The notes under the pieces: generated by a model
What the model was told of the DNA's origin: nothing
Seen by the model: the letters and a program-made list of their open reading frames with translations, nothing else
Database searches by the model: none
Assembly (NCBI GenBank): GCA_003344405.1
Contig: NOWV01000166.1
Coordinates: 1 to 64,000, forward strand
Origin: Trichoplax sp. H2
Taxonomy: Eukaryota
Direction of reading: 5' to 3'
Length of the DNA stretch: 64,000 nucleotides
Translations under genes and position numbers: made by a program
Shown: positions 13,245 through 26,003 of the stretch, in pieces
How the letters are laid out: every line of letters starts with the position of its first letter
How positions within the stretch are numbered: the stretch's first letter is position 1

Positions 13245-14734
13245 TTATGAGGCCATTTCCGCTCGAGAGTTGTCTCTTGGTGTTTCTCCATCATTTGATT
13301 TATCGATAGTGTAGTTGTCATCATTTTGTCTCTGTACTTTTGCATTTAAGATAGCAGTGCTAAATAAGCGGCAATATAATTCCAAGGAAGATAAGCTATC
13401 ATCATTACCAGCAATCGGATAGGTGATAAGATTAGGATTACAATCAGTATCGACAATTCCAATACTTGGTATATTAGCCTGTGCAGATTCTCTTATTGCA
13501 TCCATGTTGTATGGGACACTTAAAAAGATTATTAAATCAGGTAAACGAGGTACTGGTAGTAGTTTATGAGCGTTCGTCAGAATACCACCTCGCCATCTTT
13601 GTATAACGAAAAACTCTTGACATTCTCGTGCTGTCCTTTGTACAAGGTGTTGAAACTGCAAGTAGAATAAAATTGAATTTAATAACATTACTCATTCAAT
13701 TTCAACAAAAATCGATGCGAACACGAAGCAGTTGCAACATTTGTATCTTTACTCGTGTACAAATTGTACAGTATAATAGCTGTCGACAGTAATATTGGTA
13801 TAGAAGCCAGCATAAACATTGCGTAAAGTATTTTAGCATGGTTTGACAGCGAAAAAAAGTGTCAAGACTTTATCAACGTTTTTTTACATTCGTAAGGAAA
13901 GTGGAATAGTTTATAGTATTGGTGTGCATGAGAATCATTTATTTCATCGTGAGCGTTATTTTTCTTTACCTGAGGACGACAACAAACGAATAATATCACA
14001 CCTTTGCGATATGCAATATGACTTGTTACATTTAAGGCCAGAAAAAGATGACGATCAGTCTCGTTTAAGTCGATAATATGATTGCCATGTCTATCACCGT
14101 AGATGTATCGCTTCATTAATGGATTCCAAACTCCAGTTTTATGGCCTAAATGTACGCCGGCGTCGAATAACGATTTGATACTGTAAAGCTGACGTACATC
14201 AAAAAAATCTTTGTGGGCTAGTGGATTGATACCTATAACAATAGATATAGATGAGAAGAAATATATAAGAATATGAACCGATATCATTATTAACTATTAC
14301 CAATTTCTATTCTCGACTGTCACAACTACAAGGCTGATTTGCAGAAGAGAATGTACGTATGCCCACACGCTTACACGTTAACAGTTAACAACTTCACTAC
14401 GTATTATTACAGCTACACATGTTACAGCTAGAGCTCAACAATCCCTTATTACTACAAACTACTGACGAATAGTCATAAAAGAAATAAAATGATTACGATA
14501 AGATTCTGGAGGAGAAAGTCCCTGACGATGTCAGAATCCATTTTTGCAAGCATCAAGGCAAATGAAGTTACCTGAGGGCTTACTTTCTGCCTTATCCAGT
14601 TTCCATGTAGTAGTAGAAAAGAGACATGATTGCCTATATAGCGTATTTCTACATGTCCACTGATTAGAATGGCAAACAAATGAGTTCCATTTCTGCAGCA
14701 CTTGTCTAATCTTGGTACTCTTGTGCAACGCCAT
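13245..14734 (-). CDS. MRPS2: Mitochondrial ribosomal protein S2 (uS2m), 3 coding exons
   Basis: Exons 14572-14734, 13970-14232, 13245-13655. uS2 motifs LFDAGVHLGHK, WNPLMKRYIYG, RWRGGILTN, RLPDLIIF, IPSIGIVDTDCNPNLITYPIAGNDDS. Basic N-terminal presequence. Confidence 0.95.
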
Positions 14735-14841
14735 GATTCTATTTACTCTATACCATTTAGAGGACCTCAATTTCCTTCAACTTTATGCAAGCAACAGCAT
14801 GGCTTACGCTGCGGCCAACGTGATCAAGGGGCAGCACACAC

Positions 14842-15195
14842 TACAGACCCTCATAGAGACCCTTATGGAGACCCTTATAGAGACCCTTATAGAGACCCTT
14901 ATAGAGACCCTTATAGAGACCCTTATAGAGATCCTTATAGAGACCCTTATAGAGACCCTTATAGAGACCCTTATAGAGACCCTTATAGAGACCCTNNNNN
15001 NNNNNNNNNNNNNNNGGGCAGCACACACTACAGACCCTCATAGAGACCCTTATGGAGACCCTTATAGAGACCCTTATAGAGACCCTTATAGAGACCCTTA
15101 TAGAGACCCTTATAGAGACCCTTATAGAGACCCTTATAGAGACCCTTATAGAGACCCTTATAGAGACCCTTATAGAGACCCTACGAGGGTCTCTA
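14842..15195. mobile_element. hAT-like MITE whose body is a 12-bp minisatellite (TAGAGACCCTTA)n; locus duplicated across the N gap
   Basis: Termini TACAGACCCT...AGGGTCTCTA are an inverted repeat. The 8-bp direct repeat GCACACAC flanks it (14834-14841 or 15021-15028, and 15196-15203). The complete copy at 15029-15195 has 12 full 12-mers plus a terminal 10-mer hairpin arm. Confidence 0.75.
14996..15015. other. Assembly gap (N run) with duplicated flanks
   Basis: N run. GGGCAGCACACACTACAGACCCTCATAG appears both before the array (about 14829) and right after the gap (15016). Confidence 0.97.
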
Positions 15196-15686
15196 GCACA
15201 CACTGCGCAGTACTGTACTGCACGGCTTGACAGTTGACACCCATCATACTACAGTGTACAGTAGGTACAGTACAAGACAGAGGGCTGTACGGTACACTGT
15301 ACACTGTAGCCGATAGTACCAGTACAGTACCAGTATAGTACTAGTACGGTACTAGTAATCAGGATCACGTGGGCCAACCGATATGGTACTAGACGTTTGT
15401 ATGGACAGTAGTATCTACCCTAGTGGAACACCTGGTAACGCGAACTCTGACTGTGATAGTGATCAAGTGCAAGTAAAAGCGAGTGTTGGACGAGCAATAA
15501 ATTCGCAAATTTCAAATCTCTCAAGCGAGCGACTTTAGATCTCAATCCTGCCAATTAATCTTGCTCATCCTACTGCAATTGATCTCATAAGAAGCAATAT
15601 CTTTATTCTTGTGAATCTGCTCGCATAGACTGTCTATCTTGAAGTACTACAGTATAGTTTGTATTAACAACAAGACGAAGAGCAAA

Positions 15687-16415
15687 ATGGAGGCAATCTT
15701 TCATACTTTTGTCACTTCTTATTTTCTCAGCGAAGAATGTTATAAAGATCTTTTAATCAATTGGAATATAACCAATATTAGCTGTCTTAAGATGCTAATT
15801 AGTAAATCTTTAGGTTTTGCTATTGTAGTTGGGGCTGCTGTTGTAAAATTTCCTCAAATTATCAAGGTCTATCGTGCTGGTAGTGTTGAGGGTTTATCAC
15901 TGCCGTCGTTGATCATGGAGTTGCTTGCAGTAGTGGTTAACGTGGCGTATAATGTTGTCAAAGGATTTCCTTTTAGTACATGGGGTGAAGGAGCCTTTCT
16001 TATGATTCAAACATCGATTCAAACTATGCAAATTTTATATTACCGCAAGCAACGTATACCTTTCTACTTGTTTCTACCTGTTCTTGCAGCTTTCTCCTAC
16101 TTCTTAATCTCTGATTATTGTGGGCTTCCCTTGCTTAGCAAGTTAACCTGGGCATCGATGCCAACTATTGCTGCTAGTAAGCTAACGCAAATAGGCACTA
16201 ACATTTATCATGGCTCTACTGGGCAGCTTTCGATGGTTACCATAGTTTTAATATTTGGTGGCTCCTTGGGCAGAGTATTTACAACTATTCAAGAAACAGC
16301 CGATCCCATCTTATTGACAACTTACATAGTGACATCTTCCTTAAATGGTGTCCTAGTAATGCAAATTATCTATTACTTTAATAATGTAATTGATAAAACT
16401 AAGAAGAAATTGTAG
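15687..16415 (+). CDS. MPDU1: Mannose-P-dolichol utilization defect 1 (Lec35/SL15, PQ-loop protein), intronless CDS
   Basis: ECY...CLKMLISKSLGFAIVVGAAVVKFPQIIK, GSVEGLS, GFPFSTWGE, GSTGQLS, GSLGRVFTTIQETAD are typical of MPDU1. First ATG is 15687; the ORF track start at 15639 is a TTG. Confidence 0.95.
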   Translation: MEAIFHTFVTSYFLSEECYKDLLINWNITNISCLKMLISKSLGFAIVVGAAVVKFPQIIKVYRAGSVEGLSLPSLIMELLAVVVNVAYNVVKGFPFSTWGEGAFLMIQTSIQTMQILYYRKQRIPFYLFLPVLAAFSYFLISDYCGLPLLSKLTWASMPTIAASKLTQIGTNIYHGSTGQLSMVTIVLIFGGSLGRVFTTIQETADPILLTTYIVTSSLNGVLVMQIIYYFNNVIDKTKKKL

Positions 16416-16849
16416 ATTTGTAATGTGATACCGCTATATTGAGCTAAATCTAACCATATTGCCAAGCACGAGTTGATGATGACATTATTTAAACTACTAT
16501 CTTTGTCAGCACTCGGTAATATGCAATAGGACCTCTTAACTTAAAAGTGTAATACTCGTTGTTTTGAAGGATTGATTGATTGATTGTTGTCGAATGGATT
16601 TCTGATTAGGATCAGATTAGCACTTGCAATTTCATATCAAGTTATCGTAGGTCCCACAAAGAAAGGCAATCGACTTGAAATTTTGAAGTATTTTATCATT
16701 TACATTCAATAAAAGCGTCACAAAATAAACTGTAAGGAATATTTACGTATAGTTAATATAAATGGACTTTGTGTACAGTACACTGTATAGTGTATAGTGT
16801 GCACTATGGAAGAAAAGAAATGAACGAATAAGATGATCCCTGTCTGTGG

Positions 16850-17000
16850 ATATTAATTTACTTGAGTTTATCAACCTGCTCTTTTAATTCTATTGCATTA
16901 ACATCACATTATAGAAGCTGTAAATATTAAATTGCTTGAGTTTATCAACTTGTTAAGCTATTTTAATTGTATTGTATCAACATCGCATTATAGAAGTTTA
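16850..17000. repeat. Diverged ~75 bp tandem duplication
   Basis: TATTAA..T.CTTGAGTTTATCAAC...TTTTAATT.TATTG.AT.AACATC.CATTATAGAAG occurs twice in tandem. Confidence 0.75.
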
Positions 17001-17334
17001 CAGCGAATTGTCTTGAGTACGCAGTATTAGCTAGCACAGTGTCATTTTGCCTCTAGCTATTTCAATATTGAGAACATTTTTAATACTTAATTTGCGCTAC
17101 TCTGAGGCATCCTAATGACGATGATCGTTTCGCTTCACTATTCCCTAGAAATTTTCAAGATTACCAGTATTGCTTTTAAAAAGGCCAGCTATATCATGGA
17201 TATATACTGTAGTACTGTATGTGTTAATGACTCGCTCATAAGTAGAACTAGCGCTTTGGTTGCTGTAATTAATTTTGAGTGCTTTCTGAAACGCCTTACG
17301 TATTTCGCAAGTTCTGTATATATATCGTCTAGAT

Positions 17335-17670
17335 ATAGCGGGTACACAGACAGAATTCATGTGCATATAGTATCATACTCTAGTAACAGAGAAGTAGCAC
17401 AAGCAGTAAGGGTCTCTAGAGAGCACTAATGATGATAGCTCAAATATTGACATCATGCTTTTTTCATTACCATCGGTAGCCTCCATTCCTCTTGTTCTTT
17501 GCTAAGCTGCATCGACATCATCTAGCAAAATTTTGTCTAGGCACACAGACACAATTTATCTGCATGCAGCATCATATACTAGCAACAGAGAGACAGTATA
17601 AGTAGTGTATTGAGAGGCCTAATGATGACAGAGCAAATCCTTTCTCCAATATTGACACCACACGTTTTAT
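17335..17670. repeat. Diverged tandem duplication with about 200 bp period
   Basis: CACAGACA.AATT.AT.TGCAT..AG.ATCATA...TAG.AACAGAGA...CTAATGATGA.AG..CAAAT...ATTGACA recurs at about 17345 and 17545. Confidence 0.65.
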
Positions 17671-18005
17671 TTCTTGGTAGTGCCTTGTTTCCTTATTGGA
17701 GGCCAGCTCTTGGACTGTAAAATCGACTTCAAATCGTTATTTCGTTCCTGCTGTTCCTCGTCGATATATATATATATATACTCTACTCTACCGAGTCATA
17801 TCTAGTAGGGTACTGTACCGTGTCCTGTAGTACCGTCCATAGTAGTCATACATTGATATATTACGCTACAAAAGAACTGTACAAGCAGACGAAAGCGAGA
17901 GCAGCTACCTGAAGCAATGCCCACCGCATCGCAGTAAGATACTAATCTATTGCAGAGAAATTATCATTACTTTAGCCATTTCTACCATTGATGCATTAAC
18001 AATCG

Positions 18006-20276
18006 ATGGACGAATTTCAAAAGCAAAAAAATCGGTGCTTATCATCGACAGACAACAGTATCAAAGGTAGTATCGATGCAAAGATTTTATCTTTAGTCCA
18101 GCTAATCAATGAAAACAAGGATTACTTTACAACTAGCTCCTGCTCTGGCAGAATAATGATATTCCGAAAGGTAAATGTTACAATGTTGAAACTGACTAGG
18201 TGGCAATACAAGTACTCAGTTTTTCAGCTCTATGATAAATCATTGTATTGCAGTTGTCATTAACTTTGATAGCTATCGCTTGTAATCGAGGTCAATAGTA
18301 TACCTCTGTGTCAGCGAATATTACTGTACTGTCATGGTTTACATTTTACAACCTCTGCCTTCCTATAAATCCCTTACGATATATTATTCGTAAAATCAAA
18401 ATGAATGCATTTTATGCAATATTTTACGGTAATCATGTATGCAAGTCATACTAGAAGAAGAGTGCATTAGAAGTATGATGTTCTAAGAGGTCAATGTTGA
18501 ACTACGTATGCTAACAAGGAAATGAAAATAATTATTATTATTAATATCAATCGAAAAATATATAGGTTAATCAGTTGAAAAGCAAGAACTGCGAAAGTTT
18601 ATTCGTCACGCATGACAGTATTACTGAGGATGATGTGGTATGCATGAATAATTTAATGTTGTAGTACTGTACAGAACTTCTATTAATTATTCGTACAATT
18701 CATGACTGCAATATTATTCAATAATCTATAAATTCATTATCGTCCACATATTAAATGCAGATACATGCATTGATAAAATGAATCTACAACACAATCAATG
18801 ATATGCACTGCACTGTATTTGGCCTATAGACAGTAGTATTGAAATTTCTTCACTGAAATAAAATTTTCTCTTTATTGGGTAATATCAATTCAGAATTACC
18901 AAACTAAGCAGTATTGTATTTCTGCTTCCTTCAGAATTTCTTACTCAATGGTCAGATTGAAGATAGTGTAATCTTTAAATTTGAGCCGTTTGTCCTTCAT
19001 GTTCAATGCAGAACTATGAATCACGCTCGTTTACTGGTAAGAACGATGATTCTTAGTATTTCTAGTTTTTTTCAGCCAGTTTCAATAGAACTGATAATGT
19101 TGGTCCTTACTAAACATTTTCTTGCAGTTTTATACCAGCATTTAAAGCTATACCGCATTCTTTTCACTATTTAATTGCTATTTCAATTATAATAGCTAAA
19201 GGCAGCCTTGACCTCAGGATTTCGAAATTCTGGCATCGTTTTGGGTAAAAAAGAACGCTTAATAGTGGTAATTTAAAGTCCGAACTTCTATATTGTTGTC
19301 ATTTTGTGACCGAAATTTTATTTTATCTTAGCATAATTTATAGTCATTAATAATTATTTACCAGATACGTAGTAAATCTATTGTTCATTTAATTAGGCTG
19401 TTCGTAGCACTCAAACCCTAGAAGTACCATTGACAAATCAAGGCGCTATGCTAATATCACAAGATGTAAGTGATAGTAAGATGAAGTAGCACCGCTTATT
19501 TATAAACTTCAACTACGATGATAGATCTTTTCACGTGGTATACGAAAGACAGTTTTCAATTGAAAGTGTTTTCACATTTAAATCTACTTTGCATTATACA
19601 GTACCTATATTTTCTACTACAAGTAGCCAACGAAAAAATGGATGATAATGATTTAAGGATTCGAAAGTAAATCAACTTTTTACACCTTACGAAAATGTAC
19701 TGCTTTCTTACTATTACTATAGTTTTAAGCTAATATACTTGCCTTGACTCCACTCAAATAATGCACATAGGTTCGAAGTTAGCTTCCATTCTACGACGTT
19801 ATCAGAAGGTTGGGTTTGTGCAATACTGTATAAGATTTTAAGATAAGGGTTAGCGTACGAGTATTACACAACCTGTATATAGGACAGCCAGTACAGCCTT
19901 AGATACAATGTAAGTTCTAAAATCCTTCAGAAGGAGATTTAACGTGCTTTATATCCCTATTTTATCTAGAAACGAAATGTAAGAAATCAAAATCAAGTAC
20001 TCGACGAAGCCAAAAGGATTCACTACAATCGGTCTGCTACTGCACTTGTCTATATCCCATGTATTATACTGTTTTAGTTATCGTCAGGAATTAGTAAAGA
20101 AAATAGAATACTTTTCATAGTAGCCATATAAATTACTATTTGTTATTAAATAAAATACCTTATGTTACAACTTTGCTTTAATTAAGGTATCAACTGCTCA
20201 AGCGTCTACGAAAAATTGTAGTTATGAGGATGGCCTACTTAATTTTTCCGATCTATTTAAAGAATCTGATTTTTAG
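18006..20276 (+). CDS. TYW3: tRNA wybutosine-synthesizing protein 3 (methyltransferase), 9 coding exons
   Basis: Exons 18006-18170, 18566-18637, 18935-19036, 19196-19267, 19397-19465, 19602-19666, 19771-19808, 19970-20031, 20187-20276. Motifs DNSIKGSID, YFTTSSCSGRI, FKFEPFVLHVQC, SGFRNSG, AVRSTQTLEVPL, ANEKM. The last three exons are less certain. Confidence 0.93.
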
Positions 20277-23200
20277 TTTTATTTTGAACACCTGAAAGTT
20301 CCAAGTTATTTAAGGGAAACTGTGGTACCATTGAATTTTGTATAAACTAATGTCGAGATGATGGTATCACTGATAAAATTTCAAAATTTGATTACCGTAG
20401 CATGGTGAAGAGAATACGGCGCTTATGTTTATAATTACCACTGTAATCTGAATATCTACTCTAAGATTGTAATAGAACTTAAAGTTAGACCTATAAATCT
20501 TGAATAATAGCTTACTCTGTAGTTTTCTATCTTCTTAGGTGCTCTACAGTAGAATGAGTACAGTATGCAACTATATATATTACTGTATGTAATTACGTTC
20601 TTAACTTTATTAAGAAGAAATTCATCTCATAATGGTATCCCACGTTACTGCAGAAGACACCTTGGATGGAACTTGCGTTACTTTAAAGGTGTCGGCAGTT
20701 CGGTGCCTGTTATACGTTAAATGGGACGCAGGAAACGTAATTAATATACATTATGTAAATATGGTCAATCGTGCCCACAAAGCATTCGACTTTATCATGT
20801 AGGCTATATTTAATACTAAAGAGCATATTCCACAAATAAGTTCAATCTAGAATTAAGCATTTAAGTTAAGTAATATTTTAAAATGCATAAAATTATATGC
20901 TATGGTAATCTAAATATTGATTATCGTCCATCTAAAAAGAAATTTAAATCCTACATAATGATCCACGTACATGAATTAGTATGCAGCTTATTGCATATCA
21001 TATCGGTTGTTCAATAAAATAAGTTACTATCGTAACGCGACTTATTACACACTGGTCTATGTTGCTAAATGAGAACCTTACTAAAACCTGCAGGATACTG
21101 CCAGAGACCGTAATTTTAATAATTTAAAATAATTAATAAGCTTCAAACACATATTTAGATAGGATAATTTCTCACACCCTTTACTAGCGCTTTTGCTTGT
21201 AGGATTCACTTAATTACCACAGGTATTATAGGAGCTCAAAATCAATAGCGCATTACAGAAGGTTTAATATAATATTAGAAACTTCGTTACACTATTTAAA
21301 GTAATCTTCTAACAATTGCACTCTTGTTTGCTAGCAGTGTACTACTATTTACTATATCGCCTTCATTCCTAGGATATCCCTAAAATTTGTGTCATGCCAT
21401 TAAATAGATTACCCTAAACAAAGCAACAGACCTTTGGATCAAATTTGCAAAACGAGACATAATGAAAACATACAAATTATTAGCAGACACTTATTCAGCA
21501 GGGGTACTAAACTACTGAATTATTGCATGATGAAAATTTTGCGATAACACCCAGACTGTCAAGACTAGACGCCTAAACAAACTAATTTTAGTCCTATGTC
21601 GTTGCACTTTTCTTCTCTTTATATGTATAGACTTAGATATTAATAGCACCCTTTAGTTGTTTTTAATTGAAACCACACGCGTGTTTTAAAAATTGTTCTT
21701 AGATTGTATTAACCATTTACAGAGTCACCATCACGTAAAAGACATTTTTTTGCATCGGTGCATACCTGGCCTTATGTACGGGTGTACGCAAAGATGATAT
21801 CGAAATACAACCAACTAATTTATGCAGGATTACGACAATAACTAATAACAGAGGGGACAAATTGCTATTATTGTACTTTGACCTGAACTAGTTGTAATAA
21901 AAATCATAGCTATACTCTCAATAAGATATTTCAATAAAATTTGCTACGGTTGTCGTAAATATTATGTTTAAATTTATGGATAATTTACAAGCATTAAATT
22001 CATCATAATAATTACTGTATATTGATTCTGGGTTTACAGTGTACGTACGTTGACATTCCGTATTGAAATTCAAGTGAGAACATTGAAAGAAGCCACACAA
22101 TGTTTTATGGATATGAAGCACGTCGAAGGTATAAGCTTCTAATAAGCCAGTATTCTCAATTTTTAATTAAAGTGTAAATATGTTCTTAAGCAGGAAATTT
22201 CAAGTATTATAAGCAATTTTTACAAAATTAAAACTTCAGTTAAAAAAAACGTCAAAGTTGGCAAGAAATATTTTTTTTTAGCATGTATCCCTCGTTATCA
22301 CAAACGCTGTACTATTTGTGTGTCATATATTAGGCTACCAATAGATTGTTTTATTTATTCAGCGTATTACATATGTATGAGATAGCGAAGATGCATACGT
22401 ATTAAGATTACTTGATAAATAAATACCGTAAGTGATGTAGGGCTTATTATCAGAGCATGCAGACATACGATAACTCCCCATGGCGGAATTAGTATGAATA
22501 GGGTCGGAAAGTGTTTATTTCTGCAGTTAACTAATGCTGTTTAATTAATGTATTAATTAAATGTTTAGTTCATTCAGTATATTTACAAATTTGTAAAATT
22601 AATTATTAAACCTTCAGCAATTTAAAATATTTTTGAATAATCAAAGCTCGGAATAGCCTATTTAAGACGGTATGTAGGCACATTTTAACCATAAGGAATA
22701 ATTCATGATTGCAAGATAATTAAGTTCAATGAGTTCAGCAAAGAAAATTCTGAAAAATAAGGTCAAAACTTGATGATTGCATTAAAATCCTAACGCTCAA
22801 TAAATATCATCGTGAATTTAAGTCATCAAGATTATAGAGTAACAATAACCTAACATATTAGTGTTTCAGATTTCACGGATGTAATGTTTATTATGTGATA
22901 TACTCGTACGGTAGTTATTATTGGGTAAAATTAGGTGATAATCGCGTGTCGTGTAATTCTTGAGAATTCACAAAATAAAGAGAGAACATTGACTTATCGA
23001 TTTTGAGTACGAGATATAACGGTTACGTATACCGTAATTTTAAATTCCATGCTAACAATGATGTATCGATATATTCTATAGGACTGTATGAGTGTAGCAC
23101 TTGAGCCTTTCTACTCTTAAATCTAAGGCGATAAAATATTGCTGATGCATAATCACAATAAATAGATATCCTAGTAGTTATTATACATACAATAATCCCT

Positions 23201-24358
23201 TTAAAACTATGCATTGAACGGTGAATGCTCGCGAATAATGAAACCAAATTAACAAATAACGGAGGAACAATATTCCGACTTGATTCGGTTTGTAGCATAT
23301 TTCATAGCCTTTTCAGCAATGTCAATACATATATATGTATACATATATATTCACTCTTATCTTCCTATTTCGCGAGAGAATACACAATCCTTATTGCACA
23401 GATCGCTTCTATTCAGTGCTAATAATAAGCAGTTTAATACAAATCAACAAATATTATGAATAGGTTTTGAAAAGGTGATAGACTTCGAAAATTTCAAGTT
23501 CTTAAAAGAAGACTAAAACTTAGTCAATAAACTATGAATAACTCAATCCATTCATTACTTCGGCCTATTTTACCATAGCGTAATAAAGACGGATGTATAA
23601 TACTTATGCAAAAAAGTGATCATACTACAAGAATATATCAATCGAGTACCCTGCTACTGATATAAACGATCTTTAGATAATTAGGATGGAATGATGCTGA
23701 AAGACACTCACCAATATAGCTCCATAGTACAAACTATACTATGTGGCAATTGCACAAGTATTATTAGCATTTCCCTGTATCAATTATAACGTCACTAATT
23801 AATGTAGAAAATAGAGGGTTAGCCGCCTAGGTACACTTGCGAGCATCTGGGCTAGATTTGAACTGTGCAAAGATCTTCTCATCAGCGATGTATCGGTATC
23901 TCAGCTGATAAATTACAACTTGGATGATCACGATTTCATTACCATGGCAGAAATACGAAATCAAGTTATTTTTCCCAGTAAGAGATACTGGTCAATAATT
24001 GCTACCGACCATATTTCGCTATCTTAATTAAAGATTAGGCTCCTATCATGTACGCGTAAATACAGCATTACATCACAAGTTCGGACTCAAATATTTCTGC
24101 ATATTTAGAAAAAGTAGACTATTAACATGATCTATGGCAATATACTGTACATAAATATTTATAATTATCATTATACAAAATCACAGGTATACTGGTAGAT
24201 ATAATTAAGATTTTTCAGTAATGTCAATCAATCGAGCAAGTCCTCGATGCATTTACAATACATAGATAAAATGCAAGATATCACAGTTATGTATTGATAA
24301 TTTGAGTATAGCAAAAATACAGTGCAGTGATGATCACTTGGAGTCTTCCTTTGGGATT

Positions 24359-25387
24359 TTAATTGTTATCTATCTCCATTTGATGTTCTTTAACTAGTTG
24401 ATTTCCCTTTTGTAAAGATTTATTACTACTTGATCCTACTACAAATAGAAAAGCAAAATTCCAATTTAATTGAGGTATCCATAACATGAGCGCAGAAGCA
24501 TAAAAATACTTTAAATTTCCTTATCCTAGCTTATTACTAGTAGTACATCATTCCTGTCGCTGCATCTTAACTTAAGTTCAGCAAAAGGTGATTACGTGTA
24601 GGATTACATAATACATAATACAGGTGGTAAGAATTCGACAAAATTTAACTATGTACTATTAGAATATTTACTTATAACTACAACAAAATAACTTACTGCA
24701 TCCAACAAATAACGTACTAGACGAAGTTATACGGTACCTAAAGTACCTCACAATGTAGTAGACATTAATGCCTAGGAATTATACTGTAATACGTTGGATA
24801 CCTTCTATGTCCATTTGTGATTTCGCTAGTTCAACTTTAGCTAGGCGCTTTCGATACAGTCTTAACTTCTTTCCGGATAGAACAATATTGGCATTAGGAT
24901 TACTTCTGTAAAATTTCCATTAATATGGAAACATAAGTTTAACATACGTATGACGGGGTTCGATTATGAGTTCATGGCTGATGTTAATTTACAATACAGC
25001 ATAGAGAATAGAGGAACATACGAGCATCAGAAGGTTTTACATGCTAATGTGCTATCACCTGTTCTGCTTTGCAACATCAAGGCTTGAATTCATAGTAGCA
25101 GCACGATTAGAAGGATCCCGTGTAGTTTTTTTCAGGTTTTTATAATGAGTTTTATGACTTTGGCGCTTCCTTACAGCTTTCTTGTCTTTTTTCTTCTGCA
25201 AATACGAAATGAAACAAGATTATCTGCGTTCATATAGGGGACTCAGCAAGCTACAGTAGTACTGTACTGTGGTTACGCATACACCTGCTACACGTACTAT
25301 AGTCTTATTATTAACCTAATCACAATTTTATTTTAATCGATAAATGATTGAATAATCTTGTTGTACCGCACTTACATTGTAACCCAT
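24359..25387 (-). CDS. Small basic protein, C11orf98-like
   Basis: Exons 25376-25387 (MGYN), 25059-25195 (Lys/Arg-rich), 24802-24905 (SNPNANIVLSGKKLRLYRKRLAKVELAKSQMDIE, recalling ANITLSGKKRRKL...MEVE of C11orf98), then probably ~24697-24716 and ~24359-24436. The 3' exons are tentative. Confidence 0.65.
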
Positions 25388-25766
25388 GTTAGCCAATATG
25401 AAAATCACTGTTATAGAAAATTTTTTCGTGTAGCTAGCTGATGTTGCTGATTCCAGGGCCTCTAATTCTAATTTGTGATCCAAGCGAGGGCAAGAGTCAG
25501 TGAGAAAGGGCAGAAATGCTGTACAGTACTGTACACTGTAATATAGTACAGTACAATACTGTACTGTAGTTCCTTCTAAAATACTGTACTGTACTGTAGC
25601 CTAACGTCACTAACTGCGCATATACAATTTTTAACAGTAAATTAGGTGCAACCTCTTAAGTCCTTCCTCTTTCGTCATCATAAGCTCTCTAGGCAAAACT
25701 TTCAGAAGCTAACCTTCATCTGTCAATTATTCTTCAACGGATCACTACCGGAGTGAGAGAATCAAA

Positions 25767-26003
25767 ATGCTACCAGGAAAGCTGTCCAGGATTGAATTAA
25801 AAATGAACAACTTGCAAGAATTTGAAAATAGTAGGAAAAAAAATGATAAAGCTCAAGTCGAAATGGATGATAGTCTGAATGAGCAACAGCAGAGAAATGG
25901 TGGTGATCATGTTAAGGACAGAATTGCAAGACAACACGAAAGGATTGGCTACGTTCCTCAAGTAGTCACAAACGACGCCCATGTCAATATTCGTGAAAGT
26001 TAA
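25767..26003 (+). CDS. CDC26: Anaphase-promoting complex subunit CDC26 (APC12)
   Basis: 78 aa. N-terminus MLPGKLSRIELKMNNLQEFENSRK and later HERIGYVPQ align with CDC26 [24 protein letters not shown] and NDRIGYKPQ. Confidence 0.85.
   Translation: MLPGKLSRIELKMNNLQEFENSRKKNDKAQVEMDDSLNEQQQRNGGDHVKDRIARQHERIGYVPQVVTNDAHVNIRES

Noticed and set aside
14702-15237. ORFs with PYRD, IETL, RVSI and GLYK peptide repeats
   Set aside because: They are translations of the 12-bp minisatellite in several frames, most of them spanning an N gap.
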